A stretch of DNA of 64,000 nt, taken from assembly GCF_026571515.1 (NCBI RefSeq), contig NW_026862025.1:62001-126000 (forward strand), in the 5' to 3' direction. A program made the translations under genes and the position numbers. The notes under the pieces are model-generated. The model saw nothing but the letters and a program-made list of their open reading frames with translations, made no database searches and was not told the origin of the DNA. Shown here piece by piece: positions 55,473 to 64,000 of this stretch; position 1 is the first letter of the stretch, and each line of letters starts with the position of its first letter. This DNA is from Ruditapes philippinarum. Taxonomy: Eukaryota.

Positions 55473-56930
55473 TTAGCTCACCTGTCACAAAGTGACAGGG
55501 TGAGCTTTTGTGATCGCTTTTCGTCCGGCGTCCGTCGTCCGTCCGTCGTCCGTCGTCCGTCCGTCGTCCGTCGTCCGTAAACTTTTACTTTAAATGACAT
55601 CTCCTCATAAACCACAAGGCCAATTTCATCCAAACTTCACAGGAATGTTCCTTTGGTGGTCACCTTTAAAAATTGTTCAAAGAATTTAATTCCATGCAGA
55701 ACTCTGGTTGCCATGGCAACCGAAAGAAAAAACTTTAAATATCTTCTTTTAAAAACCATAAGAGCTAGAGCTTAGATATTGGCATGAAACATCTTCTAGT
55801 GAGTGTCTACCAAGTTTGTTCAAATAAAAGCCCTGGGGTCAAAATTGGCCCCGCCCCGGGGGGTCATTGATTTTCCCTATATGCATATAGTGAAAAACTT
55901 AAAAAATCTTCTTTTAAAGAACTCAAAGAGCTATGGCTAAGATATTGAGCATCAACATTTCTAATAGGTATGTCTATCAAGTTTGTTCAAAGAAAAGCCC
56001 TGGGGTCAAAATTGGCCCCGCCCCAGGGGTCATTGATTTTCCCTATATGCATATAGTAAAAACTTAAAAAATCTTCTTTTAAAGAACCAAAAGAGTTAGA
56101 GCTAAGATATTTAGCATGAAACATGTTCTAATAAGTGTCTACCAAGTTTGTTCAAAATAAAAGCCCTGGGGTCAAAATTGACCCCGCCCGGGGGGTCATT
56201 GATTTTTCCCTATATATGCATATTAGTAAAAACTTAAAAATCTTCTTTTAAAGAACTCAAAGAGCTATGGTTAAGATATTTAGCATCAAACATGTTCTAA
56301 TAGGTGTCGACCAAGTTTTGTTCAAATAAAAGCCCTGGGTCAAAATTGGCCCGGCCCCGGGGTCATTGATTTTCCTTACATGTGTATAGCAAAAACTTAA
56401 AAAATCTTTTTTGAAAAAACCCAAATAGCTAGAGTTAAGATATTAAGCATGAAACATCTTTTAGTGAGTGTCTACAAAGTTTGTTTCAAATAAAAGACCT
56501 GGGGTCAAAAATTGGCCTGCCCCCCGGGGTCATTGATTTTTCCTTATATGTGTATAGCAAAAACTTAAATCTTCTTTGAAAAAACCCAAATAGCTAGAGT
56601 TTTAAGACATTAAGCATGAAACATATTCTAGTAAGTGTCTACAAAGTTTGTTCAAATAAAAACCCTGGGGTCATAACTGGCCCGGCCCAAGGCGTGTCAT
56701 TGTTTTTTAACTATATGGTGTATAGTAAAAACTTCAAAAAAATCTTCTTTTAAATAGCCCAATGAGCTAGAGCTTAGATGTTTAGCATGAAACATTTTCT
56801 TATGGGTTGTCTACCAAGTTTGTGCAAATAAAAGCCCTTTGGTTAAATTGGCCCTGCAATGTTTGGGGGGGGGGGTTGGGGCGGCTAATATACAGGTGAG
56901 CGACCTCAGGGCCATCATGGCCCTCTTGTT
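55473..56930 (+). mobile_element. Helentron-associated interspersed element (HINE/DINE-1-like) with ~167-bp satellite array
   Basis: Inserted in a T tract. Sub-TIR GCTCACCTG (55476-55484) pairs with a 5' inverted copy and with 3' CAGGTGAGC (56893-56901). CGTC/CGT microsatellite at about 55521-55578. About seven 166-170-bp units marked by CCCTGGGGTCAAAATTGGCCC. 3' palindrome AGGGCCATCATGGCCCT. Confidence 0.9.
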
Positions 56931-58437
56931 TCTCAATTTATTATTACATTCAAGCATTGATTTTACTCATGAAGTAGAAATTAATTTATTCACAAAGATA
57001 ACTTATTCATTAATGAGAAGGATCGTAATTTCTATGATTATTTTTCCACACAGGAAAAGCACTTAAATTTGGTACTTGAATATAATTATAGAGTTATACT
57101 GATATAAATTTATGCCTAGTTACATTGCTCAATCAGATAACCTTTGCCTATTTATTACAACAACCGACATACCTAGAAATTTTGTAATTGCCTTTCCTGA
57201 GCACGAAAAAGAACAAGAAAGCGAAATCGAATCAAAACTATTTCCATGTTTGCATAAACATGCAACATACAATGCATGCTTTAAGGATTGAAATATTCAA
57301 ATAATAATCTAGTTTAATCTTAGAAAGTCCGAAATCATTGAAAATGTTCTAGATGGAATAATCGAAAAACTATAGTTTTGCTGCTCTACCTTACGCTAGA
57401 CGTTTCAAACAGAACTTAAGTTGATTTGTTGACGAAAGTATCAAAATAGTATCGATTATGCAATGCATTTTTTAATACGTTCACTTGAGTTTAGATATTT
57501 GAATTATTTCTTAACATAATTTGTTTGTTGTTGTGTATTTACACCAGCCTAATTGTCGGTAAGCATTTGTTTTTTGTCATCTTTCAAATATCATCAAAGT
57601 AAATATCTCCAGCAATACTATATTGGAAAGTTACAATTTTGTATTACACCCCTATTTTTACTTTTTTTACATTTCTCACAAAGCTATTTACTTTGTTAAA
57701 AATGGTAGTTACTGGTTTGTTATCCAGGAAGGCCGATTGTGTGGGTCGGCTGCCGATATATGATCAAACAAATTTGCACAAAAAGATGACAAAACAAAAC
57801 AGTAGGCTTAACCTGAGAGAGAAAAAAAAGATATTCGGCAATGACAAAATGGAAAACATATACAACTAACGGTGAATCCCTATAAAATGAACTGCCAGGC
57901 GAGTGAAAGCAGTGTACAGAAGATAGCAAAATAACTCATTTATTTTACAGACAGCGAATCTACTTCGAGGAAGTGCAAAATATGACTTAACACTTTACAA
58001 TAATTAACTTCCTCTTCACTTGTCACATTTAACTATATTTTGCTTAAAGACATCAGTTCCGAATATGCAAGACAGTTTAAATACATTTAACAGATAGCAT
58101 TCAATTTGTCGCTTACGGCTTTCATCTTATCCGGAAAAGTGCACATGCACTAAAATTTCTCATACTTTTTAAAGTAAACACAGAATAGTGTCCCTTTTCC
58201 CAATTGTTCCATGTGCGTTTAAGCATGTCAAATGTATTTCAAAGTACATGCTAAATTTTCAAGTGTATTAGGGTCATTATTTGTCATATTCAAAGAAACA
58301 GATATAAGACAATATTTATTTTCCTTACTATTTTGGAATATATATTGATTTTACGAGCAGTCAAATTCATTGCGCTTTTAGCTGAAAAATGTGTTAGTTT
58401 ATCACTGAAAACTATGTAAAAAATCTTGAAACAAAGT

Positions 58438-58602
58438 GATCCCTCGGAAGCATTAATCACAACACAATTACAAGAGAATAGCAGACTCGGTTTTATTGAG
58501 TCTGTACATGAGGGATAATGAATAAGTGCAACATCCCTCTACCCCCTAGCACCGGCTTGAGAGGTACTCCATTCTCAACACTTAATAGTGCTGGCATCAA
58601 TG
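58438..58602 (+). repeat. Dispersed stem-loop element, diverged copy in the opposite orientation
   Basis: GCAGACTCGGTTTTATTGAGTCTGTACATG...CCCCCTAGCACCGGCTTGAG is the reverse-complement homologue of 54215-54295. Confidence 0.7.
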
Positions 58603-59447
58603 ATCCCGAAGGACCACTGTTGTACATCTCTTCATAATTAAAGATGTCTAAAATGTCAACACAGTCTGTATAAATTGATCGGTTTTATTTTCATTTTAAT
58701 ATTTTGTTACACTTTAATGCATGTTGGCATAGTTTGCTTGCCATTCTTTTGCACGTATTTATTTCAATGCTTCTGACACAAGTTTCATGCAAGGGAGATA
58801 AAATGTCTAAATGACGGTGGTTATTGATAACTCATTTGCTGTCAGAAATGTAATCATTATTTTTCTTAAACTTATAAATGACTTTTTATGATTAAGCAAA
58901 AATTTATTTTATTTATTTACTTTCATTAATATTTCAGATATGGTTCAGTTTACAAAGAGAGAATGAGAGAATGTAAATAAACTGTTCGTATACTTTAAAT
59001 GAAATGTTGAAATAGGCACGTGCGTTTAGATCAAAAGATATACAGTATATGGCAAGGTTGATTATGTTAAATATTTAAGTCAAGATTTTAAAGATTAATG
59101 AGCTATTATTGCCTGCCGCTTATCGGTACAATACTTCTTTGTATCTTGAAAAGTATACAGTATCTGAATGAAAATATTACTGAATTTTCTGACATCACTA
59201 GTGGTTTTAAATTATGCTAGAAATCATGTGCTAGACATGCAAAATGTAATTTAATATTTTGCAGTGGATATTGCTTTATGCTATTTTCAAAACTTTTCGT
59301 GAAATTCAAAGTAATTCAAAGTATATGAATTGCCTATGATAGTATAATAATTAACGTTTGAGTCAGTAGCATCATTTAATATTTTTTGTTGAATTCCATT
59401 TAATTGTAGAATTAAATATATTAACTTTCGAGTTACACAAAATAAAG

Positions 59448-59487
59448 TTGTTGTTGTTTTTTTGTTGTTGTTGTTGTTGTTTTTGTT
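59448..59487. repeat. (TTG)n microsatellite
   Basis: Directly visible. Confidence 0.85.
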
Positions 59488-60267
59488 CAAGAACATTTTT
59501 TACAAAGGTCAAATCAGAATTAAATACAAGACGACAATATAGGTAATTTAACTTCGTGTTTTTTACATCTCATAAGACGATTTTGTAAAAAAAAAACATT
59601 TTTGTTTGTTTGTACGTGTTATGTTTTTGTGACATTATTTGATTTATTATGTTGGTAACCATTTAGCCGATGACAAATTATTATTTTAAACATCATGTAC
59701 ATACTTGTCGAAAACATATGTAAGCTTCCATGATCTGATGCCGAAGAGTATTATAGTGATGATTGTTTATTAAATAATATTATAAAGGATAAAGTCATCC
59801 CTTTAATATGCAGCTTTGGAAATCAAAATAATCAAATGTTTAAAATATTTATTGAATTAAAGAGATAAGAAGATAAAGAAGATAATAAGTCATATTATAT
59901 TGGGAATTTATAATGGTTATTTAATGAACATCTTAATGATTTAAATGCGCTAATATGATTTTAATATATCCCATTATAAAAATGGAATTGTCAAATTCAT
60001 ATCTTCTTTACATATGGGTTTACACTGGAGCATTCATTCCATTACAACGTTAAGATAAACCATATTAAAAAATTTATATCTATAAGTGTATTAGTGATAA
60101 TGCCATTGCTCTAGTATCTCTATAGATTATACTTAATCGTTATTATTTCACTCGTCAACATGTGGTGATTTTTTTTTTGGTCTCGATGATAGCATCCTAA
60201 TTCCAGTCTAACTTGCAATCATGAAAATGACCTAATGTCAGGTTACATTTACGAAATTTTAATTTAT

Positions 60268-60606
60268 ATAGAGGATATTGAATGAGTGTAGTTTAATACT
60301 AAATTTATTGAACGAGTTGAATAAAATCATATTATTGTTTTATTCAACGAGTTCAATAAATTTAGTATTGAATCTACACGAGTAGAATATTCTATTTATC
60401 ACATATATAAAATAAGAACAGTTAACTGTTAAAATGAGTATTTTTTCAATGACGCGCCCGTAGTGTAACGCTAACATTAGCGTGCTTTAACGCTATGTTT
60501 CTATATAGCGCAAATGACGTCACGTCAAAGTGTTATTACACTAGTGTAATATCGTTTTTATTAAATGGCTTTATAACACTCCTGCGCCGCGTTTTATGTG
60601 ATAAAT
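60268..60606 (+). mobile_element. Palindromic non-autonomous interspersed repeat (superfamily uncertain, possibly Crypton-like)
   Basis: About 125-bp 5' imperfect palindrome (GTGTAGTTTAATACTAAATTTATTGAACGAGTTGAATAAA versus TTTATTCAACGAGTTCAATAAATTTAGTATTGAATCTACAC). Also an 11-bp inverted pair, ATTTATCACAT (60394-60404) and ATGTGATAAAT (60596-60606). Confidence 0.75.
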
Positions 60607-63600
60607 TCATTTACGAATTACATAGTCTAAATATCGTTTCCGTGGTTCATAAACCTTACTCAACACCATCATTGTATTGAATTTCTCAGCAGTCAATGGG
60701 TTGCTTCCACAACAAAATTATTTCAAAAGAAGCTTAAGGTTTATATTAAAGGTTTATAAATTATAGAAGCTCTATTCACAAGATTATGTTATACGCAGTC
60801 AAAACTATTTGAAAATAATCACATGATAACGTACACATAGAACTTAAGAAAATATGAGTAATGTACACCATACTTTTGAGTTTGTGAAAGAAAAAAGAAA
60901 CATTTTCTTTTAGTGCGGAAATAATTGTATCTGATTTTTCAGTTGATTAAACAAACAAAAATGTCACTTTGACTTTGTTGTTTCCCAGAGGAAATCAGCA
61001 CATTTGCCAAGTTTCTGATTAACTAGTTATACTCTTAACCTCATATACTCATATAGTTTTAAGTATAAACAAATCGTAACATTTTGGCTGTCCATTGGTA
61101 AACCGTTTGTAAAATACACTAGTTTAAAAGTTTATATTTGTTTTAATGGGTATTTTTTCTGTGTAAAAATATTAGACGTACATAACATTGAAATGTTCTA
61201 TGATTATCAAGTGTCACTTGCTTAAGAAATGATTTGGAAGATTCAAGCCATGTAATTAAAAGTTACAAAAAATCAATAAAATTCATTGTTACCCTAGTAA
61301 GCAAGAATTAATTTGCCAAGGTACAACTTGACGGCTGATTGATGATAATACGAAGATTTCTTGATGAACATACTTTTTTGTCAAACTACATTAAGTATAA
61401 TGATAAATATTTCTTGACAGTTCCATATAGATTATGCTATATTTAAAACAAAATTTATTTAATGAATGTTATTTTGTCTCATTGTCGACAACATTTGAAA
61501 CATGTATACTTATTATACACCCATTATCATTGCTGCATAAAATTTGCAGACTCACACGCCCCCTATCTCGCACTGGCTTAATGTGGCGGAATCATTCATT
61601 CCGAACATATAACAACACTGAAATGAAGTATGTGAAAACGTTTTACAACTGCATGACGACACTAGACATCTGTTATTTTGAAGTATAAACTTTGGAAGAG
61701 CGAAGTTCCAATTCTGCTTGATATATAAGCTATCAATCACATAAAGTATATAATTTTGGTATCAGTAATACAATATTTCGATGAGGATTCGTAAAAGATG
61801 ACAGAACATGATTGTTTAAACCTCAAAATACCATAGAAACAAATGCAATACAAGATGAAGTAAAGTTTCAAAAAGTTTATGTACAGATACGTTGTTCATT
61901 CGTTCAGAAATTCAACAACGTTCAATTTAAATTACACTACCTGAAAACATATTATATATCGTTATTATAACGAATAACTATGTATACAGTTTATTGTTTC
62001 ATAAACGAAACAATGACTGGTTATTAGGTTTAATCTGCTAATAACACAATACTGCAGAAAGTATTTTTTGTACTTGTTGCGTTATGAATAAAATTTTATT
62101 TTTTATTATAACAATAACTCATTTATTGAATATTTTCAAATTCTAACATGTTCTAAATTCTTATAATCGTTTTAAAGTGGATAGGTCTATAAAAGGCATA
62201 TTTGCCATAAGTATTTCAAATATTCATAACCACGATAAAAATCAATCATTTGGATATTTCTTTAAAATATTGTTGACAAAAATTTTGATATAAGTTACTT
62301 ATAGAATTAACATTTATATGATGAATAATTTTATTTTGTTCTAGAACTGTTTATCGTCTGAAGTTGTATAAATCTATTTTATATGAAAGTCAAAATACTT
62401 ACATTTTGCTACTTTTATGACAAATAATATCATATTTATAGCTATTTGTCAGGTAACAAGCATCTAGCATTTCTCTAAAACCATTATTTAAACATTCTAA
62501 AATTGATGTTTGCCCTCTCTAAAAAAGTAAACATTTATTTGTGTTTGAGACATAATGTTCCTTTAAATAACTTAATTTAAAAGGACTACTAGTATCATTT
62601 TAAAATCAAACGTTGTTCTTTTTCTGTCATAAATCAATAACCTTACCATATGCCTACCTATCCTGTCCCCTGTTCTAGTTTGGATGTCTTCAAAATGGTT
62701 CTGTCTGTCTGGATATGTTTTTGTTGATGTTACTCTTGATTTTAATGTGTGTGGCAAAATGGTCGAGCTTAAGAGAAAATGAAACTTTAATATATTTAAT
62801 ATAATTTGTTGTAGCTATGAATTAGCCAGTTGCAAGCACCTGTTAAATTGCTAAAGTTGTTGTCTCAAAAATGTTCTATGAAATATTTCTTTTATCCGCT
62901 CCAAAGCAACGTATAGGAAGGAACTTAATTAACATTTATACTTTGTTTCAATATCATTATCGACAAATGCAAACACATTTTATCTTTATTGTTATTTTAT
63001 CTCATGTTTAATGTCAAAATGTCCTCTTTTATCTTATAGAAATGATAATAACATGACAACTAATGCCAATGCAATGTTACATTTTTATAAGTATGTTTAG
63101 ATTGTTCACTTTATTGGCTTCATCTTGAGATATATAGCCCTGAAATAAATGTATTAATTAAATGTTGATATCTCCTCCAGAAATGTCTTGAAAAGAATAT
63201 TCATTAATATAATGTAAAACGGCGTTATAGTCAGTTAATGTGTATCTAAAATAACATTTACTACCAAATATTCGCATCAATTCAGATTTATTTACGACGC
63301 TTTGATAAACTATTTGCCTTTGCTTAATGAGAAAACTAAATGAAGTTGTTAATTATATATTAGCCTACAAGGAGCTAATGAAATGCAATGCTGTTAACAC
63401 TCTGGTTCACTGGAATCTCAAAGAACTAGGCTAGATGATTACATAACAGGATGAACATAACGAAACATCTTTACAATGACGCTTTTCAAGTTTGACTTTA
63501 TATTGTATGCACTTTCTAAACATTAAGGAAAGCAACACATAGAGATCACCGTGAATATCCAGTTACGCAGGAATGTACCAATAACGTAAAAGTAACGCCG

Positions 63601-64000
63601 AATCTGTGCGACGCTCTTGCAAAAACGAATAACGCAGTAAGTTAGCAAACAAAAATATTTTATTCTTAATCAAATGTAAAGAAATGAATAGCGCATACGG
63701 CTGCTACGACATTACACTTTAACCAGCATTACATTTTTTTTAAGGAATATGTTTATTTTTATAGATCATCCGTGAGGAAAAAAAATCTGAAGCATTAATC
63801 ACAACAAAATTACGCAGTCAACCTGATTACTGTTCGAAGGTTATTTTTGTGTTTCGTCAAATAAATATGTACATTTAACACCTTTAAAACATTATCTTTT
63901 TTCATATTCTTAATATCTAAGATATTTGTCAAACAACAAGTGACATATAACAATAGAAGAAAGCTGGTAAAATAAGATGTAGCTACTTTTAATGAGATAA

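Overview
AT-rich eukaryotic, repeat-dominated DNA with no recognisable host gene, rRNA, true tRNA or CRISPR array. The repeat families point to a lophotrochozoan, most likely a bivalve mollusc (inference). Three regions encode protein, and all are transposon-derived: a full-length APE-RT LINE (RTEX-like, 37341-42070, 7-bp TSD), a degenerate Academ-type transposase with an XPG/PIN domain (about 42350-44840), and a 5'-truncated I-group LINE with RNase H (48718-50768, 9-bp TSD). Non-autonomous elements are a 3.2-kb foldback element with a 6-bp TSD (IS3EU-like), two TTAA Kolobok-like elements, a Harbinger-like MITE, a pogo-like MITE, a Helentron-associated element carrying a ~167-bp satellite, two tRNA-derived SINEs and a palindromic repeat family. 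The first 18 kb hold a local segmental duplication. About 25.9-37.1 kb has an anomalous texture that looks like error-rich or unpolished sequence. I cannot support a claim of a new biological system. The best candidates for follow-up are a dispersed element with a covarying stem-loop, a probable ORF1-ORF2 stop-codon readthrough in the LINE, and the nested-satellite foldback element. All alignments and coordinates were read by eye.
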